From Paracoccus haematequi (lineage in GTDB: Bacteria; Pseudomonadota; Alphaproteobacteria; Rhodobacterales; Rhodobacteraceae), in contig CAMCVS010000001.1 of the NCBI GenBank assembly GCA_945881965.1, forward strand, positions 41,402 to 105,401: a stretch of DNA of 64,000 nucleotides, written 5' to 3'. Shown here piece by piece: positions 29,614 through 39,445 of this stretch. The notes under the pieces are model-generated. The model searched no databases. It saw nothing but the letters and a program-made list of their open reading frames with translations, and had not been told where the DNA came from. How positions within the stretch are numbered: position 1 is the stretch's first letter; every line of letters starts with the position of its first letter. The position numbers and the translations under genes are program-made.

Positions 29614-30363
29614 TCAGCGGATCGCGCGGGCCAGACGTTCGGCAATCGCGCGGCTGCCCTTGGGGGACGGATGGATCAGGTCGTCCTGATGAAAGGACCG
29701 GTCGCCATAGGGCACCAGATCGGCCATCGACACAAACGTCACGCCCGGATCCTGCGCCGCCATTTCGGTCAGGCGGCGTTCCAGCACCGCACCCTCGTCG
29801 CGGCAGGCCTCGATGGTGGACCCGACGCCGGGGCTGCGCAGATAGCCGCTATAGACCACCTCTGCCCCGTCATTGCGGATACGCGCCACCAGCGCCGGGA
29901 TCGCGCCGCGCAACCCGTCTTCGGATATCAGCGCGTCCAGAATCGGGCCGCATCTGTTGCAGCCGCAGCCGAACAGCAGGTCATTGCCGCCGCCGTTCAG
30001 CACGACCACATCCCAGTTGCCCGCCTGATACTGGCGCGGGATCGCCCCCGTCGCGCCTTGCGGGCCGGGGGAATAGCGGGTGCCGACAAAGGATTTGTCC
30101 TTGATCCGCAGGCCCAGCACCTGTTCCAACTGCCGCCCCACCGACCGGCCCGAGCCGCGATTGGTGAACAGCATCGAATCGCCCATCATCAGGATGCGCG
30201 GGCGGGTGGGCCCCTCTGCGCCTTGGGTTTTCGAGGAAATCGCGGCGGACACTGGCGCGTCTGTCACGCTGTCCTGTTCAGCAGATGCAGGTGTTGCAAA
30301 CAGCGACAGCCACAGGCAGGCCAACGCACCGCGCAGGGTTTTCGACAGCCGAAATGTGATCAT
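29614..30363 (-). CDS. SGNH/GDSL-family hydrolase, secreted
   Basis: Signal peptide, block I MMGDSM, block III LNGGGNDL, block V DDLIHPS. Confidence 0.75.
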   Translation of the reverse strand: MITFRLSKTLRGALACLWLSLFATPASAEQDSVTDAPVSAAISSKTQGAEGPTRPRILMMGDSMLFTNRGSGRSVGRQLEQVLGLRIKDKSFVGTRYSPGPQGATGAIPRQYQAGNWDVVVLNGGGNDLLFGCGCNRCGPILDALISEDGLRGAIPALVARIRNDGAEVVYSGYLRSPGVGSTIEACRDEGAVLERRLTEMAAQDPGVTFVSMADLVPYGDRSFHQDDLIHPSPKGSRAIAERLARAIR

Positions 30364-30521
30364 TGGTCCAGCACCCGATAAAGGTGCCCCCACCCCTGCC
30401 ATGATGTTGCCGCATTTTCGCCATCGCATCAACCGATCTGCCCGAAACCCGGCGTTTCCATTTGCGCGACAACCCTTGACCCAAGCCGGACAAACCCCGA
30501 CATCTGCTGCACATTCAGGAG

Positions 30522-31103
30522 ATGCCCATGCCCGCCGCCAATCCCGCCGCCCTTGAGTTCCTGCTGACGCGGCGGTCCCGCCCGGCCAAGTCGCTGACCA
30601 CGCCCGCGCCGGATCGCGCCGCGCTCATGCCCATCCTGACCGCCGGATTGCGCGTGCCCGATCATGGCAAGCTGGAACCCTGGCGGCTGATCGTGCTGGA
30701 ACGCGCGGCCCTAGACCGTTTGGCCACCGTGGCGGGTGCGCGCGCACAGGCGTTGGCGCTGGACCCAGACCGCGCTGCCAAAGGCGTCGGCCAATTCGCG
30801 CAAAGCCCGCTGTGCGTCGCGGTGATCGAGGTGGAACGCCCGACCGACAAGGTGCCCGCGCTGGAACAGACCTATTCGGCGGGCGCAGTGTGCCTGAGCC
30901 TCGTGAACGCAGCGCTGGCGGCAGGCTGGGGCGCGTGCTGGCTGTCGGGCTGGGTCGCGCATGATGCGGGCTTTGGCCGCGCCGCACTTGGCCTGACGGA
31001 TGGCGAGCGGGTGGCCGGGTTCATCCACATCGGCACGGAAACCAGCGCACCCCCCGAACGCCCCCGCCCGGATATCGCGGCCAGCGTCACTTGGGCGGAA
31101 TAG
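30522..31103 (+). CDS. Nitroreductase-family protein
   Basis: LLTRRSRPAKSL...APDHGKLEPWR...CWLSGW motifs. Confidence 0.85.
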   Translation: MPMPAANPAALEFLLTRRSRPAKSLTTPAPDRAALMPILTAGLRVPDHGKLEPWRLIVLERAALDRLATVAGARAQALALDPDRAAKGVGQFAQSPLCVAVIEVERPTDKVPALEQTYSAGAVCLSLVNAALAAGWGACWLSGWVAHDAGFGRAALGLTDGERVAGFIHIGTETSAPPERPRPDIAASVTWAE

Positions 31104-31104
31104 C

Positions 31105-31800
31105 ATGGGTCTGCTGACCATCTTTGGCGCGTTCTTTGCAGCACTCGGCCAGATCGGTGATCGTCGGTTCTCGCGCGTGTTCTGGTTGGGCATCGCGCTG
31201 TCGCTGGCATTGTTGCTGGGCGCGTCGGCGGTTTTCGTGACTGTTCTGGAAAACATCACCGGCGAGTCCATCACCCTGCCGCTGATCGGACAAGTCAACT
31301 GGGTCGGCGATTTCATCAGCTGGGCCGGGCTGGGATTGGCCATCGTGTTGTCGGTTTTCCTGATGGTGCCGGTCGCCTCGGCCATCACGTCGATGTTTCT
31401 TGATACCGTGGCGGATGCCGTCGAGGCGCGGCATTACCGGAACCTGCCCGCGGCCACGCCGGTGCCCTTTGCCACGGCGGCAAAGGACACAGTGAATTAT
31501 CTGGGGGTGATGGTCACGGCCAATGTGCTGGCGATTGCGCTTTATGTCATGTTGCCCATCGGCACATTGTTCATCTTCTGGGCGCTGAACGGGTTCCTGC
31601 TGGGCCGGGAATACGCCTATCTGGCAGCTACGCGGCGCGCGGGGCCAGAGGGTGCCCGCGCGTTCTGGCAGCGCCATCGCGGCACGCTATGGCTGGCAGG
31701 GGTGCTGATGGCGGTGCCCCTGACGGTGCCGGTCCTGAACCTTGCCATCCCGATCCTGGGGGCGGCGACGTTCACGCACCTGTATCACCGGCTGCGCTAG
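31105..31800 (+). CDS. EI24/CysZ-like integral membrane protein
   Basis: 231 aa, multi-TM. General resemblance to the EI24/CysZ family (LPLIG...VPVLNLAIPILGAA). It starts 2 nt after the upstream stop. Confidence 0.6.
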   Translation: MGLLTIFGAFFAALGQIGDRRFSRVFWLGIALSLALLLGASAVFVTVLENITGESITLPLIGQVNWVGDFISWAGLGLAIVLSVFLMVPVASAITSMFLDTVADAVEARHYRNLPAATPVPFATAAKDTVNYLGVMVTANVLAIALYVMLPIGTLFIFWALNGFLLGREYAYLAATRRAGPEGARAFWQRHRGTLWLAGVLMAVPLTVPVLNLAIPILGAATFTHLYHRLR

Positions 31801-31802
31801 GA

Positions 31803-32078
31803 TCAGCCCGCAGGCCCCATCCGGCCATAGAAATCCAGATCCCGCACCGTGATCGTGCCCGACACGATGATGCCCGCGATGATGCACCACAGCACAAAGG
31901 CAATCGCCGTTGTAATCAGCGCGCGTTTCTTCAACTGCGGCTCGTGCGGCGCACCGGCATGGGTGCCCGGCACGATCTGACCGACGTCACCTTGCGTTTT
32001 CAGCCGGATCGGCAGCACCACAAGGAACGTCAGGAACCAAAGGACCGCAAACAGCACCAGCGCCGAGGTCGGACCCAT
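31803..32078 (-). CDS. DUF1467-family small membrane protein
   Basis: ALVLFAVLWFLTFLVVLPIRLKTQGD...VPGTHAGAP pattern. It shares one base with the mce stop. Confidence 0.7.
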   Translation of the reverse strand: MGPTSALVLFAVLWFLTFLVVLPIRLKTQGDVGQIVPGTHAGAPHEPQLKKRALITTAIAFVLWCIIAGIIVSGTITVRDLDFYGRMGPAG

Positions 32079-32482
32079 CAGACCTGCTCCAGTTCAACAA
32101 GACAGCCGTTGAAATCCTTGGGATGCAGGAACAGCACGGGTTTGCCATGCGCGCCGATCTTGGGATTGCCGTCGCCCAGCACCCGCGCGCCGGTTGCGGT
32201 CAGATGGTCGCGCGCGGCAAGGATATCTTCCACCTCATAGCAGATATGGTGGATGCCGCCCGCCGGGTTCTTGTCCAGAAACCCCTTAATGGGCGAGGCG
32301 TCGCCCAGCGGATACAGCAATTCGATCTTGGTGTTCGGCAGTTCGATGAACACCACGGTGACGCCATGCGCGGGTTCGTCCTGCGGCGCGCCGACCTTGG
32401 CCCCCAGCGCGTGGCGGTATTGGTCGGCGGTGGCGGTCAGGTCGGGCACGGCAATGGCGACATGGTTCAAACGACCGATCAT
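32078..32482 (-). CDS. mce: Methylmalonyl-CoA epimerase
   Basis: MIGRLNHVAIAVPDL...GGIHHICYEVEDI...VLFLHPKDFNGCLVELEQ, VOC-fold epimerase signature. Confidence 0.9.
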   Translation of the reverse strand: MIGRLNHVAIAVPDLTATADQYRHALGAKVGAPQDEPAHGVTVVFIELPNTKIELLYPLGDASPIKGFLDKNPAGGIHHICYEVEDILAARDHLTATGARVLGDGNPKIGAHGKPVLFLHPKDFNGCLVELEQV

Positions 32483-32633
32483 GGGCTGCATCCTTTCAGC
32501 GATTTGCCCGGTTATGCGCAGCGTTGCGCCTTGTGACAAGAGGAACGCATGATCAGGCCGCGTGCATTAACGGCCTGTTCACCACCGACGAGGCAAAGTC
32601 ATGCGCAGATGTCGCGATCCAAAAGGTGCTGCC

Positions 32634-33347
32634 ATGACCGATTCCGATCCCTTCTTTGCCTTTCGTCAGCCCACGCCGGGGCGTCCCTTGCTGGGGCTGA
32701 CGGTGTTGGTGGTCGAGGACAGCCGCTATGCCTGCGACGCGATGCGGCTGTTGTGCCTGCGGTCAGGTGCGCGGATTCGCCGCGCCGACAGTCTGCGCGC
32801 GGCTGAACGGCATTTGCAGGTCTACCGCCCCTCGGTGATCATCGTCGATATCGGGCTGCCCGACGGGTCCGGCCTGACATTGATCGAGGCGCTGAACCGC
32901 ACCACCCCGCGCATTACGGTGATTCTCGGCACATCGGGCGATGACATGGCCGAAACCGCCTGCCGTGCGGCGGGGGCGGACGGGTTTTTGGTCAAGCCGG
33001 TTGAATCGCTGGCGATCTTTCAACAGATCATCCTCGCGCATCTGCCCGAGGAACGCCGCCCCGCCGGGCCGCGCCCGCTGCCGGATGATATCGTGCGGCC
33101 CGAACATGTGGCCTTTGTCGATGACATGGCGCATGCGGCCGAACTGTTGTCGGAAGAGGGCGGCGATACGCTTGATTACATCGCGCAATTCGTGACTGGC
33201 GTGGCGCGGTCGGCGGGTGATCTGCCGCTGGCCGAGGCAGGCCATGCGCTGGCCGAGGCGCGCGCCGCCCGCGCGCCCTCGCGGGCCGAAGCCGCGCGTC
33301 TGGCAGGCATGTTGCAGGACCGGCTGACGCCGCGCGTCGCGATGTGA
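32634..33347 (+). CDS. Response regulator (receiver domain plus uncharacterised C-terminal region)
   Basis: VLVVEDS...IIVDIGLPDGSG...GADGFLVKP receiver motifs. No recognisable output domain and no adjacent kinase. Confidence 0.8.
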   Translation: MTDSDPFFAFRQPTPGRPLLGLTVLVVEDSRYACDAMRLLCLRSGARIRRADSLRAAERHLQVYRPSVIIVDIGLPDGSGLTLIEALNRTTPRITVILGTSGDDMAETACRAAGADGFLVKPVESLAIFQQIILAHLPEERRPAGPRPLPDDIVRPEHVAFVDDMAHAAELLSEEGGDTLDYIAQFVTGVARSAGDLPLAEAGHALAEARAARAPSRAEAARLAGMLQDRLTPRVAM

Positions 33348-33351
33348 CGGG

Positions 33352-34074
33352 TCAGTCCAGCGCCGGATCGGACGCCACCCGCACCAGCCGGGTCAGATCG
33401 CCCAGCCGTTCGACCTGTGCGCCGCTGGCGTCGAAGTTCGTGGGTGCCGACCACGCCGCATAGGCCTCGCGCAGGGCGGGCCAGTCGTCATCGGTGATGG
33501 CAAACCATGCCGTGTCGCGGTTTTCGCCCTTGACGATCATGTGGTTGCGAAACACGCCTTCGTAACTGAACCCCAGCCGCTGCGCGGCGCGGCGCGACGG
33601 CAGGTTGCGCGCATTGCATTTCCATTCGACGCGGCGATACCCGGCCTCGAACGCGCGCGCGATCATCGTCATCAGCGCCGCACTGCTGGCCCGCGTCCGT
33701 TGCAACAGCGGCGACAACAGGATGCTGCCGATTTCGATCACCCCATGCGGGCGGTCGATCCGCATATAGCTGACCATGCCGGTCACGCGGCCAAGGCTGC
33801 GGTCCTCGATGGCATAGAACATCGGGTCGGGACGGCCCTCGATGTCGCGCAGCCAACGGTGGAACGCAGCCGAGGCATGGAACGGACCAACCGCCATATA
33901 GTCCCATAGCGCGTCATGCCCTTCGACCGCCTGAAACAGTATGGCAGCATGGGCATCCGCCGTCAGCGGCACCAGCCGGACTGCTGCCGTCTCGATCACC
34001 GCCCCGGTCGGAAATTCCGGCGCGCGCCATGCGGCCAACCCCGCTGCTGTCACGGCTCTCTCCTGCTCTTTCAC
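33352..34074 (-). CDS. GNAT-family N-acetyltransferase (RimJ/RimL-like)
   Basis: RVEWKCNARNLPSRRAAQRLGFSYEGVFRNHMIVKGENRDTAWFAI. Confidence 0.85.
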   Translation of the reverse strand: MKEQERAVTAAGLAAWRAPEFPTGAVIETAAVRLVPLTADAHAAILFQAVEGHDALWDYMAVGPFHASAAFHRWLRDIEGRPDPMFYAIEDRSLGRVTGMVSYMRIDRPHGVIEIGSILLSPLLQRTRASSAALMTMIARAFEAGYRRVEWKCNARNLPSRRAAQRLGFSYEGVFRNHMIVKGENRDTAWFAITDDDWPALREAYAAWSAPTNFDASGAQVERLGDLTRLVRVASDPALD

Positions 34075-34257
34075 GCAGACAGGCTAGCCAAACGGCCACA
34101 CCCCGGCAACCCATGCGCAGCGCTGTTTCAGTTTCAGAAATTCTGCGTTTCTTCGCCGCGATCTTGCCACAATCGGCAGGCATTGTTTCCAACAGAGGGC
34201 AAATGCCCCGCCCCGCGCCAGCAGCAGTCGCGGTTCCACAGGATAAAGAGGCAGATC

Positions 34258-34419
34258 ATGCAGGCACAACAGTTTACCCGCCGCGATGGCGTCACGCACC
34301 GGATGGAATGGATGGGTCTGATGATCGCCGTGATGGCGCTTGTCGGGTTAACCGCCGGGGGCATCCATTCCGGCACCCGTCAGGTTGAAAACGTGCAACT
34401 GGTGTCGGCGCAGAAGTAA
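34258..34419 (+). CDS. Possible small membrane protein (53 aa)
   Basis: AAGAGG RBS 7 nt upstream of the ATG and one hydrophobic helix (WMGLMIAVMALVGLTAGGI). No family recognised. Confidence 0.3.
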   Translation: MQAQQFTRRDGVTHRMEWMGLMIAVMALVGLTAGGIHSGTRQVENVQLVSAQK

Positions 34420-34440
34420 TCCCGCGTCGCGCGGCCCGGA

Positions 34441-35664
34441 TCACAGCATCAGCTGCGGATCGGCCCCCATGTCCAGACCGGGGAAAATCGCGCTTTCCAG
34501 CAAAGCGCGGTCCAGCCCGAACAGCCCGCGCATCGCCCAGGCGGCATGCGCGCGCACATCCCGCGTCGGGCGCAGGTCGCGCCCCTCGTACAGATCGCTT
34601 GCGCCCAGACCGGGCCATTCGGCCAGAACCCGGCCCCCGCGCACCGCGCCCCCCGCCATCAACATCGCGCCGCCAGTGCCGTGATCCGTGCCCGCCGTGC
34701 CGTTTTCGCGCGCAGTGCGGCCAAATTCCGTCATCGCCAACACCGCCGTCTGGCCCCAGACCGGCCCAAGCCCGGCCTTCAGCGCCAGGATCGTCTCGGC
34801 CAGCGGCACCAGCGCGCGCGGCAGCGTGGCCTTTTGCGCCGCATGGGTGTCCCAGCCGCTGAGCGAGAACGCCGCAATCCGCGCCTCTCCACGCAACCGT
34901 TCGGCGGCAAAATCTGCCAGCGCGACATGCCCGCCTGCAGGTTTCGGCGTGGGCGGGACCATGCCGCCCATCTCGGCCTGACCTTCGTCGTCATCGGCCA
35001 CGGGCACCTGCAAATCCGACAGTTGCAGCGCCTCGGCCAAGGCCATGCGGAACAGCGGGTCGTCGTGCATCACCGTCTCAGCCAGCCGCCGTGCCTGCGG
35101 GCTGAGTTGCAGACCTGCATCGGGGGCCCAGTTCGCCACCGCCGCAGGCCCCGCCAGCACCGGCAGCGCATCATGCCCGATGGCATAGGCGGTATCCGAC
35201 AACGTTCCCGCCTGGTGTTGCAACAGCCGGTTCAGCCAACCGTCGGTCCGGCTGGCCGGGGTCAGGCCCATCGTGCCCGCCTCCAGCAGATCCTGCCCGT
35301 CGAAATGGCTGCGCGTGTTGCGATAGGGCGTGGACACCGCATGGGCAAAGGCCAACTCGCCCGCCTGCCACAGCGGCAGCAGCGATTTCAGCCCCGGATG
35401 CAGCGCATAGAACCCGTCCAGATCGGCGGCACCGCCCGCCTCGCCCGCCACCAACGTGCGCCGCAACCCCGCCAGCGCCGGATCGCCATAGGGCTGCACC
35501 ACGTCGATGCCGTCCATCGCGCCGCGCAAGATGATCACCACCAGCCGGTTATCCCCCGGTGCGGCAGCGAAGGTGACAGGCGTCAACAGCGGGCTTGCTG
35601 CCAGCGAACAGCCCACCACAGTGGACCGGATCAGAAAGGCGCGGCGGGTCAGCGACGGGGTCAT
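34441..35664 (-). CDS. DUF1501-family protein (Tat signal, sulfatase/phosphatase-like fold)
   Basis: MTPSLTRRAFLIRSTVVG twin-arginine signal, SEFGRT-like MTEFGRTARENG..GTDHG motif. Confidence 0.85.
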   Translation of the reverse strand: MTPSLTRRAFLIRSTVVGCSLAASPLLTPVTFAAAPGDNRLVVIILRGAMDGIDVVQPYGDPALAGLRRTLVAGEAGGAADLDGFYALHPGLKSLLPLWQAGELAFAHAVSTPYRNTRSHFDGQDLLEAGTMGLTPASRTDGWLNRLLQHQAGTLSDTAYAIGHDALPVLAGPAAVANWAPDAGLQLSPQARRLAETVMHDDPLFRMALAEALQLSDLQVPVADDDEGQAEMGGMVPPTPKPAGGHVALADFAAERLRGEARIAAFSLSGWDTHAAQKATLPRALVPLAETILALKAGLGPVWGQTAVLAMTEFGRTARENGTAGTDHGTGGAMLMAGGAVRGGRVLAEWPGLGASDLYEGRDLRPTRDVRAHAAWAMRGLFGLDRALLESAIFPGLDMGADPQLML

Positions 35665-35681
35665 GACAATCTCCTGTGGGA

Positions 35682-37085
35682 TCAGCGGCGCTGGAATGCG
35701 GGAGCGGCGAGGATCAACCCGATGCCCTCGCGGCGGTTTTCGGCGGCTTTGGCGGCAAACAGCACCTCGGGCGGGGCCTTGGACCCAAGGGCATGCTGCA
35801 CGAAATCGCGCGGATCAGGCAGGTCGGCGCGCAGATCGCCGGGCGCGTTCATCGCCCATTCCAGCCGCGCCGCCAACCCCAGCGGCGTGATCCAGGCCGC
35901 ATCCTCTTCGGGCCAGCCATCCGGTCCGGGCTGGCGTTCCCATTGCTGCCCCATGCGGAACAATGGCACGCGCAACTGGCGCTGGATGAACGGCTCTTCC
36001 ATCGGCACGAACAATCCCGGCGCAATCGCCAGCGCGCGGCAGGCCGACGCCATGAAATCGAACGGCGGCTTGACGTTGCGCAAGGCGGGATCCCATGACG
36101 CCGGATGATCCAAGAGCGTGGCATAGACCGCCATCAGATCGCCCTTGGTGGCGGAAAACACCTCGGCCAGCGCACCCGTCAGCGCCGGATCGGGCACATC
36201 CTGCGTGAAATGCACCGCCAGTTTCGTCGCAATATGCCGCGCGGTGGCCGGATGCGTCGCCAGATCGGTCAGCGCGGCGTGGATGTCGGCCAGTTGTGCC
36301 CGTTCATCGCTGCCATAGCGAACCCCCAGCACGGTTTCCGGCCCCGGCTCGGCGGATTTGGGTTGAAACTTGAACCCCACCTCGGCCTGATAGGTCATGC
36401 CGGTGAACAGTTCCGCCAATTCCCGCACGTCGGTCTGGTCATAGCTGTCGCTGAGGCCCAGCGTGTGCAGTTCCAGCACCTCACGCGCGAGGTTTTCGTT
36501 CAGCCCGATCCGCTTCAATTGTCCGCGCGCGGCCATTTCCTGCGCGGTCACAGACCCCGGCCCGATGGACGCCTCCTGATCCAGATAGTGCAGCATCAGG
36601 GGCGCGGTGGTCGCCGCGATCACCAGATCGGCAAAACGCCCGGTGATGAAGGGGCGGATCGATTCCTCGATATAGGGCGAGGGGCCGCGATGCATCAGCC
36701 CCGCCTTGCCCTGCGCGGTGAAATGATCGGCCCAGAACCCGACCAGCCGTTCGCGGAACCCGTCCTGCGTATGGACGCGGCGCTGCACCTGCATGCCCAG
36801 CCATTGCCCCTGCGCCTGCCGCGCCGCCCCTTTCACCCGCCGTTCGGCCTTTTGCGCCGCCTCGGAGGCCACGGCATCGCCTTTGGAAACGTGCCGTGCA
36901 CGCCGCGCCGCCTGATTGTCCAGCATCCGCTGACGAAACGCCGCAAAGGTTTCGATCGGGAATTGCGCGGTGATCGCGTCCGGCCCGCCCAAGCGCGTCA
37001 ACATGGCGCGCGCATCCGCAGGCGGTGCGATCACCGGCGACAGGCCCGCGCCAAATCGCATCTCGGCCAGTTCGGGATCAAACAT
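35682..37085 (-). CDS. DUF1800-family protein
   Basis: 467 aa with FWADHF, NENLAREVLELHTLG and LLDHP blocks characteristic of DUF1800. It lies immediately upstream of the DUF1501 gene. Confidence 0.85.
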   Translation of the reverse strand: MFDPELAEMRFGAGLSPVIAPPADARAMLTRLGGPDAITAQFPIETFAAFRQRMLDNQAARRARHVSKGDAVASEAAQKAERRVKGAARQAQGQWLGMQVQRRVHTQDGFRERLVGFWADHFTAQGKAGLMHRGPSPYIEESIRPFITGRFADLVIAATTAPLMLHYLDQEASIGPGSVTAQEMAARGQLKRIGLNENLAREVLELHTLGLSDSYDQTDVRELAELFTGMTYQAEVGFKFQPKSAEPGPETVLGVRYGSDERAQLADIHAALTDLATHPATARHIATKLAVHFTQDVPDPALTGALAEVFSATKGDLMAVYATLLDHPASWDPALRNVKPPFDFMASACRALAIAPGLFVPMEEPFIQRQLRVPLFRMGQQWERQPGPDGWPEEDAAWITPLGLAARLEWAMNAPGDLRADLPDPRDFVQHALGSKAPPEVLFAAKAAENRREGIGLILAAPAFQRR

Positions 37086-37194
37086 CGCAGGCTCCGTGTT
37101 CAGACAGTGTTAACCTATCTGAACCGGCGCAGGATTTCACGCCCGACCGCGTAACGCCGGGGCGACATGGGCGCGCTCTTGCCGATGGGTCGTC

Positions 37195-38985
37195 CTATTT
37201 CTCGCGCGGGATCACGCGCAGCGACAGGTCCATCAACTGCTCTGCGGTGGGTTCGCTGGGCGCGCCCATCAGCAGGTCTTCGGCGCGCTGGTTCATCGGG
37301 AACATGATGACCTCGCGGATGTTGGCCGTATCGGCCAGCAGCATCACGATCCGGTCGATCCCCGCCGCGCAACCGCCGTGGGGCGGCGCGCCATATTGGA
37401 ACGCATTGACCATGCCGCCAAAGCGCCGCCGCACCTCGTCTTCACCATAGCCCGCGATCTCAAACGCCTTGAACATGATCTCGGGCTTGTGGTTGCGGAT
37501 CGCGCCACTGACCAGCTCATAGCCGTTGCAGGCCAGATCATACTGATAGCCCCGCACGGCCAGCGGATCGCCCGCCAGCGCGTCAAGGCCCCCCTGCGGC
37601 ATGGAAAACGGGTTGTGTTCGAACTCGATCTTTCCGGTCGTCTCATCCCTGGCATAGATCGGGAAATCCACGATCCAGGCAAAGGCAAAGCGGTCCTTGT
37701 CGATCAGGCCCAATTCCTCGCCAATCACAGTCCGCGCGCGCCCGGCGATCTTTTCGAACGCCGCAGGCTTGCCGCCCAGGAAGAATGCCGCATCCCCCAG
37801 GCCGAGGCCCAGTTTCACCCGGATCGCCTCCGACCGCTCGGGGCCGATGTTCTTGGCCAGCGGCCCCGCCGCCTCTATTCCCGATCCATCCTCGGCCTCG
37901 CGCCAGAAGATGTATCCCATCCCCGGCAGACCTTCTTTCTGGGCCCAGGCGTTCATGCGGTCGCAGAACTTGCGCGAGCCACCTTTCGGCGCCGGAATGG
38001 CCCGCACCTCGGTGCCGTCCTGTTCCAACAGACGCGCGAACACTGCAAACCCCGACCCCGCGAAATGCTCGGACACCACCTGCATCCGGATCGGGTTGCG
38101 CAGGTCGGGCTTGTCGGTGCCATACCACAGCGCGGCATCGTTATAGGCGATCTGCGGCCAATCCTCGGCCGCATCCACCCGCCGCCCGCCGCCGAATTCC
38201 TCGAACACCCCCGCGATCACCGGGGCGACCGTGTCGAACACGTCCTGTTGCGTGACGAACGACATCTCCATGTCCAACTGGTAGAAATCGGTGGGCGAGC
38301 GGTCGGCCCGCGGGTCTTCGTCGCGGAAACACGGCGCGATCTGGAAATACTTGTCATAGCCCGACACCATGATCAGCTGCTTGAACTGCTGCGGGGCCTG
38401 CGGCAGGGCATAGAACTTGCCCGGATGCAGCCGCGACGGCACCAGAAAATCCCGCGCGCCTTCGGGGCTGGACGCCGTGATGATCGGCGTCTGAAACTCG
38501 CGGAAATTCTTCGCCCACATGCGCTGGCGGATGGAACGGACCACATCCGTGCGCAGCACCATGTTGTGCTGCATCGCCTCGCGCCGCAGGTCAAGGAAGC
38601 GGAAACGCAGCCGCGTTTCCTCGGGGTATTCCTGATCGCCGAACACCTGCAACGGCAGTTCTTTCGCCGCACCCAGAACCTCGACGCCGGTCGCGAACAC
38701 CTCGATCGCACCGGTGGCGATCTTGGGGTTCACCAGCGCCGCATCGCGCGCCTTCACCCGGCCATCAATCCGCACACACCATTCGGCGCGCAGCTTTTCG
38801 ACATCGGCAAAGGCCGCACTATCCGGATCGCAGATCACCTGCGTCATGCCGTAATGGTCGCGCAGGTCGATGAACAACACGCCGCCGTGGTCGCGCACCC
38901 GGTGCACCCATCCGGCAAGGCGCACGTCATGGCCAACATGACCCTCGCGCAGATCGGCGCAGGTATGGCTGCGATAGGCGTGCAT
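37195..38985 (-). CDS. aspS: Aspartate--tRNA ligase
   Basis: [13 protein letters not shown]...[22 protein letters not shown], class II motifs ([19 protein letters not shown]). GGAGAA RBS before the ATG at 38985. Confidence 0.97.
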   Translation of the reverse strand: MHAYRSHTCADLREGHVGHDVRLAGWVHRVRDHGGVLFIDLRDHYGMTQVICDPDSAAFADVEKLRAEWCVRIDGRVKARDAALVNPKIATGAIEVFATGVEVLGAAKELPLQVFGDQEYPEETRLRFRFLDLRREAMQHNMVLRTDVVRSIRQRMWAKNFREFQTPIITASSPEGARDFLVPSRLHPGKFYALPQAPQQFKQLIMVSGYDKYFQIAPCFRDEDPRADRSPTDFYQLDMEMSFVTQQDVFDTVAPVIAGVFEEFGGGRRVDAAEDWPQIAYNDAALWYGTDKPDLRNPIRMQVVSEHFAGSGFAVFARLLEQDGTEVRAIPAPKGGSRKFCDRMNAWAQKEGLPGMGYIFWREAEDGSGIEAAGPLAKNIGPERSEAIRVKLGLGLGDAAFFLGGKPAAFEKIAGRARTVIGEELGLIDKDRFAFAWIVDFPIYARDETTGKIEFEHNPFSMPQGGLDALAGDPLAVRGYQYDLACNGYELVSGAIRNHKPEIMFKAFEIAGYGEDEVRRRFGGMVNAFQYGAPPHGGCAAGIDRIVMLLADTANIREVIMFPMNQRAEDLLMGAPSEPTAEQLMDLSLRVIPREK

Positions 38986-39110
38986 GGCTGGTTCTCCGGG
39001 GTGTGACAGTGACCGGACGGATACAGCGTGGCAGGCCGGGGAAGTCAAGCAAAAGCCCCGCCTGCGCCCCGTGCAACCTTGTCCTTCTTCGGTTCATAAC
39101 TATCCCGGGG

Positions 39111-39171
39111 GGTCTGGGGGGCTGGCCCCCCAGCTTGCTGTGGTCTGGGGGGCTGGCCCCCTGCCTTTTTT
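39111..39171 (+). repeat. Two perfect 20-bp direct repeats, each a GC hairpin; the second is followed by T6
   Basis: ggtctggggggctggccccc occurs at 39111-39130 and 39142-39161. Each copy holds the GGGGG(G)-ctgg-CCCCC(C) stem-loop, and tttttt lies at 39166-39171. Confidence 0.6.
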
Positions 39172-39190
39172 AGGGTCGGGAGCTGAGCGC

Positions 39191-39276
39191 TGTGGGACAG
39201 TTTGCGGTAGGCGCGAAAAAATAGCAATCTTTTTCAGTGGCTTGCGGATGGGCAATGTCTGACTGTTTGCGGTAGG
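39191..39276 (+). repeat. Candidate Mu-type left-end transposase binding sites
   Basis: TGTGGGACAGTTTGCGGTAGG (39191-39211) and TGTCTGACTGTTTGCGGTAGG (39256-39276) match at 18/21. Related GCGGATGG lies at 39244-39251 and GCGGTAAGG at 39353-39361. Confidence 0.5.
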
Positions 39277-39445
39277 TTTGGCGGTTTCGGGTTGAAAAGC
39301 CCTGTTTTCGCGTGATCCGGCAAAATGCGGCTACGTGATTTCAATGTGTTAGGCGGTAAGGTGTGGCGCAAGTGCGCTACACGCTACACCCAAGCCGAAG
39401 CATCAAACGTGGTCTTGATCGCCATTTTTTGAACGTTGCGAGGGC

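Noticed and set aside
28402-39006. Plus-strand ORFs 28402..30381, 34546..36108, 36105..37154 and 37378..39006
   Set aside because: Each is antisense to a well-supported minus-strand gene (MATE/SGNH, DUF1501, DUF1800, aspS) and has the characteristic Arg/His/Gln/Pro-rich composition.
38984-39262. 92-aa plus-strand ORF across the aspS start, the hairpin repeats and the Mu-like end
   Set aside because: It overlaps the aspS start codon region, reads through two hairpins and a T-tract, and crosses the element boundary. It is not a plausible gene.
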